Part shown: positions 44,513 to 55,369 of the stretch, one piece after another
Position numbering within the stretch: position 1 is the stretch's first letter
Layout: every line of letters starts with the position of its first letter
Translations under genes and position numbers: made by a program
From: a virus
Taxonomy: Duplodnaviria; Heunggongvirae; Uroviricota; Caudoviricetes; Schitoviridae
IMG/VR virus record: IMGVR_UViG_2228664000_000024
Location: 12,205-76,204 of that record
Reading direction: 5' to 3' (one strand)
Length of the DNA: 64,000 nt
Notes under the pieces: model-generated
What the model saw: only the letters and a program-made list of their open reading frames with translations
Databases searched by the model: none
What the model was told of the DNA's origin: nothing

Positions 44513-46978
44513 ATGCAAGTCGCAACTCTCGATCATGGCTCGTCTGCAACCCTGGGTGCTGTAGCTGCACCACAAGCTGTATCCATTACTGGTGATATGT
44601 CACTCATTATGATGCTGACCACCAACCTGTATTCAAACCAGATGTTAGCAGCTATCCGTGAACCTCTGTGTAACGCGTGGGATGCCAACATCGAAGCTAG
44701 TACTACTGATCAGCCCCTGGTGATTAAAATCACCAAAGACGGTAACCTGATGATTCAGGATAGTGGTCTGGGTATCCCGGCGCACAAAATGAAAGACGTA
44801 TACGGTGTATACGGTCAGTCTACGAAGAAAGACAATGACGCCGTTACTGGTGGCTTTGGTCTGGGTAGTAAAGCTCCATGGGCTTTGGCTGACAGCTTCC
44901 GTGTTATATCTGAGTGTGATGGTATCAAGACCATCTACAACATGCCTAAGTCATGTGTAGAAAATGATGGTCTGCCCGGTATTCTGCCTGTGGCTACTAT
45001 GCCAACTGAACGTTCTGGCTTAACCCTGCTGATCCCAATCCCTGAAGACAAAATGGCTGAAGCAGTTGACTACGTTAAAGCCATTGTCTGTCACGGTGCA
45101 ATGAATGCGACCTTCGAGAACGAGATCATCGGTGAAGGCCCGTATCCAATGCCTGTGTTAGAAATGTCTGATGAGCCGGGTTCATATAACGTGGACTCTG
45201 TAAGCTGGTGGCGTGGTTACATGGGTGACCATACGATCTTTGTTCGTTATGGTGCTGTCATCTATCCGATGCTGCGTAACCCTAAAACTGACAAAGTGGC
45301 TGATGTACTCGAAGAATTCATGAGTATGGTAGGCTTCCGTCGTATGGTCGTTCAGGCCGCACCAGGTAGCCTGGCATTAACCCCAAGCCGTGAAGCCTTA
45401 TCATCGCATAAGATGACAGAGGATGGTCTTGTAGACCTTCTGACGGCATTGGTTAAACGTATCGAAGAAGACCTGATTGAACAGGTTCCGGGTAGCATTA
45501 AAGATGCGATCCGAAGACTGGAAACGGGTAACTACGATAACTTCGGTGAATCCACTTTAACTTCACGTCACAATGGTGAGTGTGCTATCCAGCCTCATGC
45601 TGTGCGTAAATATCTCCGTTCCAAACTCGGTAATGGTTTCCTTGCTAAGTATCAGCGTTTCCTGTATCACGCAGAAAACCGGGGATTCAAACTTAAGTAT
45701 CAGTTTGAAAACCAGACAGCAAGTAAACGCTATCATAAGCTACGCTCTATGTTCACTCAGAACTACAAACGTAAAGCTGGTCGCCGGGAAACCCTCCTGC
45801 AATTCTTCAATCACTTTGTGATGCGTCCGCTGGGTAAAGTGTTCACTGATAACCCAGATATGCACCCTAGTAACCTTCGCCTCAGTTTCCAGAATTACTG
45901 GAATGACCGTAAGGTAACCAAAGACGATTTCTACCATTCCACTGGTAGTGCTGAAGACTTTAAACGTCTTCAGCAGATGGTTGATAAAAAGGTTTATGTA
46001 TTTATCACCACACGTCTGGCCGGGGTAGCTAAAAGCATCAGCGATTGCCCTAACATTGGTCATACCGACCTGGCCTGGGTATATCGTGTAGATCCGAGGA
46101 AACGTAAAGAGATCTCCAACTATGTGAAGGCATTCGAAGATGCCGGATATACTGTAGTGGATCTAAGCCAGAACCATTCATGGGATTCAGTCGCACAGGA
46201 AGCTTTGCTTGCTGCCCGCACTAAACCCAAGAAGGCGAAGGAAGATAAACCACAGATTAAAAACATGTTGGCTACTCTGGTGAACTTCTACACTCCACGC
46301 CGTAAACGTAAGATGGAAATCGGTGAAATTGCTGTAGCCGAGAACCTAGCTTACGTAACGGATTCACCACTGTTCTATGTAGAACTGGATGAATTCCGTG
46401 AAGGTACTCTGGGGCGTTTTGTTCACGCACTGGATCTCACCGATGAAGAAATGCAATTCGGTGTGGTAGTGCGTAACGGTATTGAACGCCGTATGGCTGA
46501 AAACCGTGGTGCTGTCTCTGTGGATACTTACTTTGCTCCTAAGCTTATCGCTAAGCTGAAGACCAAAGCGTATGCCCGGTACGTTACCAAACAACGCCAG
46601 CCATCCATCAGTGAAGAGTTTGACGTTACTTCCAATGACCTTAAGCTATTCCGTACACTGGGTATTACCTTACCTGGTTTGGATAAACTTAAGTTCATCC
46701 CTGAACTGGAACGAGCACGGGAACGTGCAAGATCCTATCCAGGATCTCTGATGGCAACTATCGACGATCCCGTAGAACAAGACGCTGTTCAGGCTATTCT
46801 GGGCTTACGTTTCGAAGCTCCGGCATTCGTCAAGAAATTGGCAATCCTGAAAGACGACCCGATGTTGCGTCAGTTGAATATGCGTAACAACAGTCTGCTT
46901 GACTGGGTCGACCAATACCCAGAGCGTATTCCTGCTCTGAAATCCCTCGTTTTAAGCGCGCTCAAAAAACGGAACTAA
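44513..46978 (+). CDS. rIIA: rIIA-like protein with N-terminal GHKL (Bergerat-fold) ATPase-like domain
   Basis: N-box EPLCNAWDAN; G1 DSGLGIP; G2 GGFGLGSKAP; 821 aa; adjacent to an rIIB-like gene upstream of the DNA polymerase, as in N4. Confidence 0.5.
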   Translation: MQVATLDHGSSATLGAVAAPQAVSITGDMSLIMMLTTNLYSNQMLAAIREPLCNAWDANIEASTTDQPLVIKITKDGNLMIQDSGLGIPAHKMKDVYGVYGQSTKKDNDAVTGGFGLGSKAPWALADSFRVISECDGIKTIYNMPKSCVENDGLPGILPVATMPTERSGLTLLIPIPEDKMAEAVDYVKAIVCHGAMNATFENEIIGEGPYPMPVLEMSDEPGSYNVDSVSWWRGYMGDHTIFVRYGAVIYPMLRNPKTDKVADVLEEFMSMVGFRRMVVQAAPGSLALTPSREALSSHKMTEDGLVDLLTALVKRIEEDLIEQVPGSIKDAIRRLETGNYDNFGESTLTSRHNGECAIQPHAVRKYLRSKLGNGFLAKYQRFLYHAENRGFKLKYQFENQTASKRYHKLRSMFTQNYKRKAGRRETLLQFFNHFVMRPLGKVFTDNPDMHPSNLRLSFQNYWNDRKVTKDDFYHSTGSAEDFKRLQQMVDKKVYVFITTRLAGVAKSISDCPNIGHTDLAWVYRVDPRKRKEISNYVKAFEDAGYTVVDLSQNHSWDSVAQEALLAARTKPKKAKEDKPQIKNMLATLVNFYTPRRKRKMEIGEIAVAENLAYVTDSPLFYVELDEFREGTLGRFVHALDLTDEEMQFGVVVRNGIERRMAENRGAVSVDTYFAPKLIAKLKTKAYARYVTKQRQPSISEEFDVTSNDLKLFRTLGITLPGLDKLKFIPELERARERARSYPGSLMATIDDPVEQDAVQAILGLRFEAPAFVKKLAILKDDPMLRQLNMRNNSLLDWVDQYPERIPALKSLVLSALKKRN

Positions 46979-46981
46979 ACC

Positions 46982-49129
46982 ATGAAACAACAACTGATTA
47001 CTATCATTGCTTTGTCAGTAGATAGCAAGGTAGCTGTTCTCTATAAAGAGGACGGTTCTACCGTCACTATCCCACAAGGGGATGCTCGACTCCCTGTAAT
47101 CGTAGAGAAGGCCCGTGGGCCTCTCTCGTTAAATCCACCTCTTCCCGTTGAGGTTGATATCACCCCTATCTTTGCTCGTCGTGCAGAATTCGAAGACGCA
47201 GAAAAAGGTACTGGCGGTGTTATCAAATTCTTCCGCGTAGCGAAGAAATTCCTCACCGACCTGATCAACACTGAATCACCCGATAAGGTTGATGAAAGTG
47301 CTGCTCACATCAGCCCGCTGGAAATCGGTAAATTACCGTGGAAAGCTCCAGTTGATGTAGCACCAGCAGTTGATGTTAATGCTGCCATTGAAGAAATGGG
47401 GAATGATGGCTGGGAAGCCAGTGATGAACCAGAGATTCCCCTGGACACACCGGCTAAACCGCCTCAATCAGTGTTCATCGAAAAGCTGCCAAAAGACTAC
47501 AACAAAGTTGCAGTCATTAAAGCAGTGCGTGAAATCACTGGCCTGGGCTTACGTGAAGCCAAAGATCTGGTTGAGTCACCTCAACCGATTTTGGTACTCA
47601 CCAATGCCGATGAAGAGTCTGCCAGCGTAGCTGGTATGCTTCTGGATCGTGCGGGAGTACACGTAAAAATGAAACCAAGTGTGCCGGGCGAGAAGCTGTT
47701 TGCTCTTAGCAATGACCAGAAAGTTGAAGCTGCGCAAGAACGTATGCAGCAACTAATGGGCAATGCCAAAGACACCAGCGATCCTGAGTTTCACGCTCCG
47801 ATGAAGGAAGACGAAACCATTGTTGCAGTTCACACTGAAACAGGTGCAATCATCCCGGATGCTCACAAACTCGGCCACCAGCTTAAGGCTGCGTCGAAGC
47901 TTCAGAACTACACTGGTTTCACGAACTTTGTGGAACGTCTGTCGGCTATTATCGACCAGCGTGGTCACTCGGTTGAAGACCTGATGAAGTTCATCGAACA
48001 TGGCGATCTGCCAATTGCAGATGATGGTTGTATCATCATTTACAAACGTCTGAATCGCCAGGGTAAAGGTCTGTTTACCGATGTTCACTCCGGTAAAATC
48101 AAACAGAAAGTCGGCTCTTATGTATTCATGAAGCCAGGTCTGGTTGACCCTAGCCGTCGTCAGGACTGCTCCAACGGTCTGCACGTAGCTTCCCTATCGT
48201 ACCTGCGCCAATTCAGTGGTGATGCCACTGTAGTGGCTAAAGTTCGCCCGGAAGATGTGTTTGCTGTACCACAGTACAACACCAATAAAATGCGTGTTTG
48301 TGGTTATCACATTCTGGCTGAACTGGGTACGGAAGAACGTAACATCGTTAATGACGGTGGTTCTCTGTCCAGCACTGAAGTAGGCAAAGCGTTACTGAAC
48401 GACATTATCGCTGGACGCCATGTGCCAATCTCTCAGCTTGTTGAAGTGGGTGGGCATAATGGCAGCAACGTCACTTATACTGACGTTAAACCAGAAGATC
48501 TTGTGCAACCAGAAGTGTCTCAGCAAAGTGCTGTACACGAAACGCTGGATACCAAAGCTTCACTGGAACCCACTGTACCAGTAGCTGATGCTATTGAAGC
48601 TGACAAACTGAAACCGGTTAGCCCGGCTGAACCTGAAGCGAAAGCTGAAGCAGAGCCAGCCAAACCTGAAGAGGTTACTGAAGTGAAACGTGAAACCAAA
48701 GCACAGACTGCACAGCGCTTGTGGGCAGAGTATCGTACTCAGCCTTCTGCTGGTCGTCTGGAAGCCCTGGTGACCTTTAAAAAGGCATCCAAAAAGGGCT
48801 GGTCTGCACTGGGTATCGACGATGCTGCTGTTAAGCTGATCGAAGAAGAAACGGCCAAAGCTGCTGAGACTACCGTTAAGGTAAACAAAGTCTCTGGCTT
48901 TGAAGACGTTAAACCAGTAGCGAAAAAACAGCCTAAAGCACAGTCGTTCACCTCTCCGGTGAAAGGTACTGGGCCAAAGGCTAAAATGGCTGAATGCCTT
49001 AAAAATGGTGTTGATTCAATCAGCACTGCTCAGTTAGCCCTGCTTATTAAGAAGTCGGCTAAGAAATCCTGGGCTGCGTTAGGCGTTAGCGAAGATCTGG
49101 TTAAACAGATTGAAGACGCAACAAAGTAA
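46982..49129 (+). CDS. rIIB-like protein (715 aa) carrying an embedded ribosomal bL12 (L7/L12) C-terminal domain
   Basis: Residues about 160-230 (nt 47462-47670), [67 protein letters not shown], align with E. coli bL12 CTD ([36 protein letters not shown]...AGAEVEVK). rIIB call from position only. Confidence 0.5.
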   Translation: MKQQLITIIALSVDSKVAVLYKEDGSTVTIPQGDARLPVIVEKARGPLSLNPPLPVEVDITPIFARRAEFEDAEKGTGGVIKFFRVAKKFLTDLINTESPDKVDESAAHISPLEIGKLPWKAPVDVAPAVDVNAAIEEMGNDGWEASDEPEIPLDTPAKPPQSVFIEKLPKDYNKVAVIKAVREITGLGLREAKDLVESPQPILVLTNADEESASVAGMLLDRAGVHVKMKPSVPGEKLFALSNDQKVEAAQERMQQLMGNAKDTSDPEFHAPMKEDETIVAVHTETGAIIPDAHKLGHQLKAASKLQNYTGFTNFVERLSAIIDQRGHSVEDLMKFIEHGDLPIADDGCIIIYKRLNRQGKGLFTDVHSGKIKQKVGSYVFMKPGLVDPSRRQDCSNGLHVASLSYLRQFSGDATVVAKVRPEDVFAVPQYNTNKMRVCGYHILAELGTEERNIVNDGGSLSSTEVGKALLNDIIAGRHVPISQLVEVGGHNGSNVTYTDVKPEDLVQPEVSQQSAVHETLDTKASLEPTVPVADAIEADKLKPVSPAEPEAKAEAEPAKPEEVTEVKRETKAQTAQRLWAEYRTQPSAGRLEALVTFKKASKKGWSALGIDDAAVKLIEEETAKAAETTVKVNKVSGFEDVKPVAKKQPKAQSFTSPVKGTGPKAKMAECLKNGVDSISTAQLALLIKKSAKKSWAALGVSEDLVKQIEDATK

Positions 49130-49150
49130 GCTGTAAACTGCTGTACCCCA

Positions 49151-49173
49151 GGCCACCTTCGGGTGGCCTTTTC
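49151..49173 (+). terminator. Intrinsic terminator GGCCACC-ttcg-GGTGGCC plus TTTTC
   Basis: UUCG tetraloop. Confidence 0.7.
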
Positions 49174-49206
49174 AATGTTTATCCACGAGAGAGGTCGGAT
49201 TTACAT

Positions 49207-51817
49207 GAGGCATATCATCTATGCTACGCGGGAAACCTATGAGACAGCGATCCTTATTAAAGAGGCGGCATTACTGCCATCTTCGATAGAACGCTTCTAT
49301 GTGGATCCCATGCACATGACTGGATACAACAAGGAAAATATTGTTGTATTCACTCTGGATTATCAACTCAACAACAAAGCTCCAGTAGGTCACTGCAAAG
49401 ACTATCTACTGAAATCCCTGTTACCTGCCCTTAAGAAGCTCAAGACGAAGTACGTTTACTGTGCTGACTCGAACTACTTTAAGGTACTCACCAAAAACAC
49501 CAAAGCAGATGCCCAACTGGGCTATGTGTTGCCTTGTGCTTTACCGGGTTATGAAGATTTACAAGTGATCCTGGGTATCAACTACCAGGCACTGACTTAT
49601 AACCCAAACCAGGAAGACAAGTTAAACCTGTCTATTCAGACGCTCACCAGCACGCTTGCAGGCTCTTATAAAGCTTTGGGTGAGGGTATCATCAAGTGGG
49701 CAGATTATCCTGTCACAGACCGGGAAATTGACGCTGCATTCGCACGTATCATGACCTGGCCTGAAGTGGCGATAGATACTGAAACTTTCAGTCTTCACCC
49801 GTTTAAAGCTGGCTTAGGCACTATCTCATTCTCCCCGGATACAACGGGTGGTATTGGGATGCGCTGTGACATGATCCAGCAGGATGGTGAAAACGTCAGG
49901 ATCTTCAACCCGTACTTCCGTCATAAGCTCCGTAAGTTCTTCGAAGCGTATAAAGGCAAAGTGGTGTATCACCACGGTGCTTACGATATCAAGGTGCTCA
50001 TCTACAACCTGTTTATGGCTGACCCGTTGGATAACGCTGGTCTGCTGGAAGGGTTAGAGGTGCTTACCCGGAATATCGACGATACAAAGCTGATTGCTTA
50101 TCTGGCTTTAAACAGCACCGCAGGTAACGAGTTAGGGCTGAAATCACTTGCTCACGAGTTTGCCGGTAACTGGGCGAAAGACGATATCAACAACATCATG
50201 GCTATCCCATTGATGGAACTTCTGCAATACAACGTAGTGGATACTATGTCCACCATGTATGTAAAACAGAAGTATTATCCGGTCATGGTGCGTGACGGTC
50301 AGAAGAAGATTTATCAGGAACAGTTCCTGCCAAGTCTGAAGACGATCATCCAGATTGAGTTGTCTGGTATGCCGCTTATACCTGAGAAGGTTAAAGCTGT
50401 CAGGAAGCAACTGGAAGCAGGTCTGGACGCAGCTATCCAGCTTATGCGTGGAACGAAAGCTGTGAAGGCAGCCGAACGTATCATCCAACAAAATGCGATG
50501 ATAGCGGCTAATGCCAAACTGAAGACCAAGCAGCATCCTATTGAGCATTTTGCTCATATGCAGCTTAACCCAGGCTCAAACCAGCAAGTAGCAATACTGC
50601 TGTATGAGGTGATGAAGCTTCCGGTCATTGAACGAACAAAGACAAAGCAACCTGCTACAGGTGCTGACGTTATTGAGAAACTGGCTAACCATGCGAAAAC
50701 AGAAGAAGCGAAAGCTCTGATGAAAGCACTGGTGGACTATAACAAAGTAGCCAAAATCCTCAGTTCGTTTATCCCGGCGTTCGAAGCCGCATTTGATAAG
50801 GGTAATGGTCGTGCGTATCTCCACGGTAGTTTCAACCTCGGTGGAACGTTATCCGGGCGATTAAGCTCATCAGATCCAAACCTGCAAAACCTGCCATCTG
50901 GTTCTCGCTTCGGTAAACTGGTCAAACAGTGCTTCTCTGCACCTGACGGATGGATATTCGCCGGGGCTGACTTTAACGCACTGGAAGACCGTATTAATGC
51001 CTTGCTCACCCAGGATCCGAATAAGATTAAAGTCTTTACGGATGGTTATGATCCTCACTCAATGCGTACCTACGCATACTGGCCGGAGAAGTTCGCACAC
51101 CTGCCAAACACAGTTGAGGGAATTAACCGAATCCAGGAAGAGTTCAAGGCTGAACGTGGTCAGTCCAAACCAGTATCGTTTGCTCTGCAATATCTGGGAA
51201 CCTGGCTTACTCTGGTGAAGAACTGTGGTTTCGAACCGGATGAAGCAAAGCGTATCGAAGCTAACTTCCACAAGCTGTACGAAGTATCAGGTAAGTGGGT
51301 TAAAGGTAAAATCGAACAGGCCACAAAAGATGGTTATGGTACAGGAGCCTTTGGCTTACGTATCCGTACACCTCTGTTGGCTAAATCGGTACTGGGTTCA
51401 AGTCGTACCATGCGAGAGGCAGAGGCCGAAGGCCGTAGCCTCGGCAATGCTGTCAGTGGTCAGTCTTATGGATTGCTCACCAACCGGGCTGTAAACGAGT
51501 TTATGGAACGTGTATGGGCATCGCCTTATCGTAACGACATAATCCCTGTAGCGTTGATTCATGACGCTATTTACGTGCTTATCCGTAACAACCCTGCTGC
51601 CGTTAAGTTTGCCAATGACAATCTTATTGAGTGTATGGCCTGGAAAGGTTTACCGGAGATCGCAGATCCCCGTGTACCGTTACCAGCCAACCTTGATTTG
51701 TATTGGCCTAACTGGGCTACTCCAATCACTCTGGATAACAACCTCAGCGAGGATGAGATCCGTCAGGCTGTGGCGAAAGAGCTTCAAGCCAGAAAGGAAA
51801 AAGCTAAGGCCGCATAA
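49207..51817 (+). CDS. DNA polymerase I (family A) with 3'-5' exonuclease domain
   Basis: Exo I AIDTETF; motif A DFNALEDRI; motif B RGQSKPVSFALQYLG; motif C HDAIYV; RBS GAGAGAGG. Confidence 0.85.
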
Positions 51818-51820
51818 CCG

Positions 51821-51838
51821 ATGCCCCTTCGGGGGCAT
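51821..51838 (+). other. UUCG-tetraloop hairpin ATGCCCC-ttcg-GGGGCAT without U-tract
   Basis: 7-bp stem; possible processing site or weak terminator. Confidence 0.35.
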
Positions 51839-51849
51839 AACGAGGAACT

Positions 51850-52239
51850 ATGAAAAAGTTTTTACTTATCGGTTTACCACTGCAAGCATTTGTTTGCCTA
51901 CTAATCATTACCTGCTGGTTTAAGTGGCCTATGGCTCATGCAGCAGAAAATATTCTGAATTTTTGGGGTATCCTCTGCTTAGTAGTAAGTGCTTTAGCAT
52001 TATTCACACAAGGCCATAAGTACCAGGAAAAAGCTAATGATCCTGAGTATAAAGTTACCCCAAATTACCGCTATTACTTTGTTAACCTAATCAACTTCTT
52101 GCAAATAGTTGTATTAGTAGCAATGGGCTGGTATTGGGTTGCTGGTGGTATAGCACTCAGTCGCGTCGTGTTTAACATCGAACGTGACACAATAATTAAA
52201 CTACGGAAAGAGCGAGCATCCAATGAGCAAACCAGTTGA
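51850..52239 (+). CDS. Membrane protein (129 aa, 4 TM)
   Basis: RBS GAGGAA; multiple hydrophobic helices. Confidence 0.45.
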   Translation: MKKFLLIGLPLQAFVCLLIITCWFKWPMAHAAENILNFWGILCLVVSALALFTQGHKYQEKANDPEYKVTPNYRYYFVNLINFLQIVVLVAMGWYWVAGGIALSRVVFNIERDTIIKLRKERASNEQTS

Positions 52240-52380
52240 TAAAGTACATGAAGATGTACTCCGTTCATATGATATTCGTATTGCCAATGCAGAGGCCAAA
52301 CTGACCGAACTGTACGAAGGCAAACGCGAATACATCAACCGTCACAACCTCAACGAAAAACTGCCAGCGAGAAAACGATG
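52223..52380 (+). CDS. Small hypothetical protein (52 aa)
   Basis: Overlapping ORF below the track cutoff. Confidence 0.3.
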
Positions 52381-52722
52381 ACCGTTAGAGTAGTCATTCC
52401 AGCAAGTAAGTTCGTTACAAAGCCTTTGTACTTCGAACACCTGAAGAAAGATCAGGTCATGCTGTCACCACCAACCTATAACAAAGAGTTGGTAGCTGAA
52501 GGGTATGACTACATCCTGACAGGTAAGCTCGATGTACGTGAGCAGGATTTGGTATTCCGGCAGGATAACGAAGGTGACCCGATCTACCTCGAAGAGTTAA
52601 AAGTTGAAATGAAAAGCTTTAAAGCTTCATTCATCGATCTGGAGTTTAAGTCTCACGACGATAAACGGATACAGAAAGCTCTCATAGCTGCTCTTGCCCA
52701 GAAACGCAAGGCGGGTAATTAG
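52378..52722 (+). CDS. Hypothetical protein (114 aa)
   Basis: ATGA overlap. Confidence 0.45.
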   Translation: MTVRVVIPASKFVTKPLYFEHLKKDQVMLSPPTYNKELVAEGYDYILTGKLDVREQDLVFRQDNEGDPIYLEELKVEMKSFKASFIDLEFKSHDDKRIQKALIAALAQKRKAGN

Positions 52723-52782
52723 TAGGCATCGGATTATTCTGCATGTACAATCCCAGGTAATCAGTAACCCCCTGGAGTGATC

Positions 52783-53109
52783 ATGCCACCGGATAACCAA
52801 CCAAATCAGTATTATTGGGATTTGTTTGGCATTCTTCTCATCTCTTTGATGAGTGGCTTTATCTCAGTAGGTCGTAGGCTGTTGCGGAAAACCAACCCAT
52901 CTATTATGTGGGTACTTACGGAGTTTTGTGCCGCTGTACTGGCAGGCTATCTGGCTTCGGGCGCTTATCCAGACTTGAAGGATAGCTTACCCAAAGGTAT
53001 GACGATGCCTGTATTCGTAGCCGTATGTGCTCACTTCGGTGGAAGGTTCTTTCAACTCTCTGAGTCTATTATTGAGTCAAAGCTACAAAAGCCAGACAAT
53101 ACCAGGTAA
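52783..53109 (+). CDS. Membrane protein (108 aa)
   Basis: RBS GGAGTGA; hydrophobic helices. Confidence 0.45.
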   Translation: MPPDNQPNQYYWDLFGILLISLMSGFISVGRRLLRKTNPSIMWVLTEFCAAVLAGYLASGAYPDLKDSLPKGMTMPVFVAVCAHFGGRFFQLSESIIESKLQKPDNTR

Positions 53110-53116
53110 CTTAACC

Positions 53117-53138
53117 GCCCTCTTCGGAGGGCTTTTTT
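53117..53138 (+). terminator. Intrinsic terminator GCCCTC-ttcg-GAGGGC plus TTTTTT
   Basis: UUCG tetraloop plus U-tract. Confidence 0.8.
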
Positions 53139-53259
53139 ATGAGGATTTTATGAATATCTCTCGTAAGGTATGGACGATTCTGATCGTCATTTGTATTGCG
53201 TTCTGGTGGTTAGCCTGGAACGTATTCGAACTCATCATGCACATTATCCGGGGGATCGT

Positions 53260-54066
53260 ATGAAGCCTTTCCTGAAATGGGCTGGTGGTAAGCACAGCCA
53301 GATAAACCAGATTGTTCATCACTTACCAAAGGGTGAACGTCTGATTGAGCCATTCGTAGGCGCAGGTTCAGTATTCATGAACTCTGGCTTTCAGGACGTT
53401 GTGCTTAATGATGTCAACCCTGACCTGATTAATCTGTACAGCATCCTGAAGCATCAGGGGCAGCGTTTACTTGATGAAGCAGAGCGCCTCTGTAAATGGG
53501 TGAATAGTGAAGAACGCTACTATGCAGTTCTGGATCGCTTTAACACCCGTGAGTATACCCATTACTCAATGGCTGCATTCTTCCTGATACTCAACCGTAC
53601 CTGCTTTAATGGCCTGTGCCGTTACAACCAGCAGCGTCAGTTCAATGTACCGTGGGGCAAGAAGGAACAGTGTTACTTCCCACGAGCAGAACTGGAAGAG
53701 TATCTCGCATCTGGCTTCAATCCCCAACTATTCTGCACTGACTTTGCTACCATCTTCGGCTTATGCCGTAGTGGTGACGTTATATTCTGTGATCCTCCCT
53801 ACCATCCAATGCCGGGCAAAGATGGCTTTACCACTTATTCTGGTAAGAAGTTTGATCTTAATGACCAGAAGCGATTAGTGGATATGGCTATCATGGCTAA
53901 AGGCCGGGGAGTACCAACAGTAATCACCAACAGTGCAGCCCCGATCATTATTGAAATGTATACAAAGGCTGGCTTTACCATTCATGAACTCACTGCCCGC
54001 CGTAGCATCTCTGCTGGTGGCGATCAACGTGGTGAAGTGAAGGATATCATTGCCGTCTTAAAGTGA
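53260..54066 (+). CDS. dam: DNA adenine methyltransferase (Dam family, N6-adenine)
   Basis: N-terminal FLKWAGGKH; catalytic DPPY (FCDPPYHP); RBS GGGGGA. Confidence 0.85.
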   Translation: MKPFLKWAGGKHSQINQIVHHLPKGERLIEPFVGAGSVFMNSGFQDVVLNDVNPDLINLYSILKHQGQRLLDEAERLCKWVNSEERYYAVLDRFNTREYTHYSMAAFFLILNRTCFNGLCRYNQQRQFNVPWGKKEQCYFPRAELEEYLASGFNPQLFCTDFATIFGLCRSGDVIFCDPPYHPMPGKDGFTTYSGKKFDLNDQKRLVDMAIMAKGRGVPTVITNSAAPIIIEMYTKAGFTIHELTARRSISAGGDQRGEVKDIIAVLK

Positions 54067-54072
54067 GGTCTT

Positions 54073-54300
54073 ATGTACTCTGTCTGTGAAGTGTGTGGCA
54101 AATACCGAAACCAGGGTAAGCATGTTAAGTGCTCCCGTATACGTCGTAAGATGTATGCCCCGGATACCGAGAAGGGTAAGCTCCAGCGTGCTGACCGTGA
54201 AGGCCGCAAAGCAGCCAGAGTCGTATTACCTGCACGACGTGTAGATATCGTCAATGGTAAATCTGGTTTGTTCTCTCGCTTCCGTAAGGAGGACTTGTGA
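54073..54300 (+). CDS. Small basic zinc-ribbon protein (75 aa)
   Basis: CEVCGKYRNQGKHVKC; RBS GTGAGGT. Confidence 0.45.
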   Translation: MYSVCEVCGKYRNQGKHVKCSRIRRKMYAPDTEKGKLQRADREGRKAARVVLPARRVDIVNGKSGLFSRFRKEDL

Positions 54301-54545
54301 GTCAATTTGGTTCCCATGATCCTATTCAGGTATCTGAGTTTAAGGATCGTAAAATCCGTACTGCTTGTATTATCCAGTGCGGTATGAATGAGTATTACAT
54401 TGCTCTATTTATCTTCCGTGATCGTAAACGTTATGTGGTGTATAACACCGCAGAATTCAAACCCCGGACATTCATGTCCATTGACACGGCTGCACGCTTC
54501 TTGCGTCAGAACTATGTGAGAAAAATTGAAGTCATCATGGAATAA
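54297..54545 (+). CDS. Hypothetical protein (82 aa), GTG start
   Basis: Perfect SD TAAGGAGG before GTG. Confidence 0.45.
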   Translation: MSQFGSHDPIQVSEFKDRKIRTACIIQCGMNEYYIALFIFRDRKRYVVYNTAEFKPRTFMSIDTAARFLRQNYVRKIEVIME

Positions 54546-54574
54546 AAAAGCCCCCGTATGGGGGCTTAGTTTTA
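54544..54574. terminator. Bidirectional terminator GCCCCC-gtat-GGGGGC flanked by A-run and T-run
   Basis: Sits between convergent plus and minus transcription units. Confidence 0.75.
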
Positions 54575-55303
54575 TGCAGCATTAACCGTAACAGTAGAGT
54601 TAGAACTCTGAACTGTCTTGTTATTCGCGTCTTTCATAATCAGGTAATAGACGCCAGCATCCCCTGTTGCTGCTGAGGCTTTAGTGTAAGTCGCAGCAGT
54701 AGCACCAGAAATAGCTGAACCATCCTTATACCATTGATAAGTACGTGGAGCTTTACTGGTCGTTGCTGGAGTGGAAGCAATAGATAATTGCTGACCCGCA
54801 GTAACGGTAACAGTAGCCGGTGGTTGAGTTGTGAAGCTCGGCAGACGATAAGCCGTCACTGGCATAACACTAGAGGTAATTTTAGTACCCTCAGCATCAG
54901 TGACTTCACATGACCAGTTGAATGCACCATTCGACGGGAACACAGAATCAACAGTACTTGGCCCAAAGGTATTGGAGTTAGATCCAACGTTGGCTGAACC
55001 ACGTTTCCACTGATACGTATAAGGTTCAACACCACCCTGTACTGCTACAGTTAGCGGGCCAAACTGCTCGCTGTTACCCAGATAAACATCTGGTGCAGTG
55101 GTGGGAAGATCCGTGGTGAAAGCCAGTGGATATACATGCCCTGGTGGGTAATACTGTTCATCGCCTTTAATGGTCAAATCTTGCTCAACCGTAGGATCCT
55201 GCACTTTCAACATGCCAGCCATCTTCAAGCCTATAAAATCGTAACCTTGTTTGATGACCTCATCGGTGGTAACGACACCGTTACCAATAAGCATTTTGCT
55301 CAT
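54572..55303 (-). CDS. Ig-like (two I-set-like domains) virion decoration/adhesin protein
   Basis: YQWKRG / YQWYKDG...AGVYY Ig signatures. N-terminal about 60 aa conserved with the 55370-55822 product. Confidence 0.55.
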   Translation of the reverse strand: MSKMLIGNGVVTTDEVIKQGYDFIGLKMAGMLKVQDPTVEQDLTIKGDEQYYPPGHVYPLAFTTDLPTTAPDVYLGNSEQFGPLTVAVQGGVEPYTYQWKRGSANVGSNSNTFGPSTVDSVFPSNGAFNWSCEVTDAEGTKITSSVMPVTAYRLPSFTTQPPATVTVTAGQQLSIASTPATTSKAPRTYQWYKDGSAISGATAATYTKASAATGDAGVYYLIMKDANNKTVQSSNSTVTVNAA

Positions 55304-55312
55304 AGAAACCCC

Positions 55313-55338
55313 ATATAAAAAAGCCCTCTTTCGAGGGC
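55313..55338 (-). terminator. Intrinsic terminator AGCCCTC-tttc-GAGGGCT plus U-tract (minus strand)
   Basis: A-run 55313-55320 on plus strand. Confidence 0.7.
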
Positions 55339-55369
55339 TAGTTTACATAGCTTAGAGTAGCGTAGCTAC

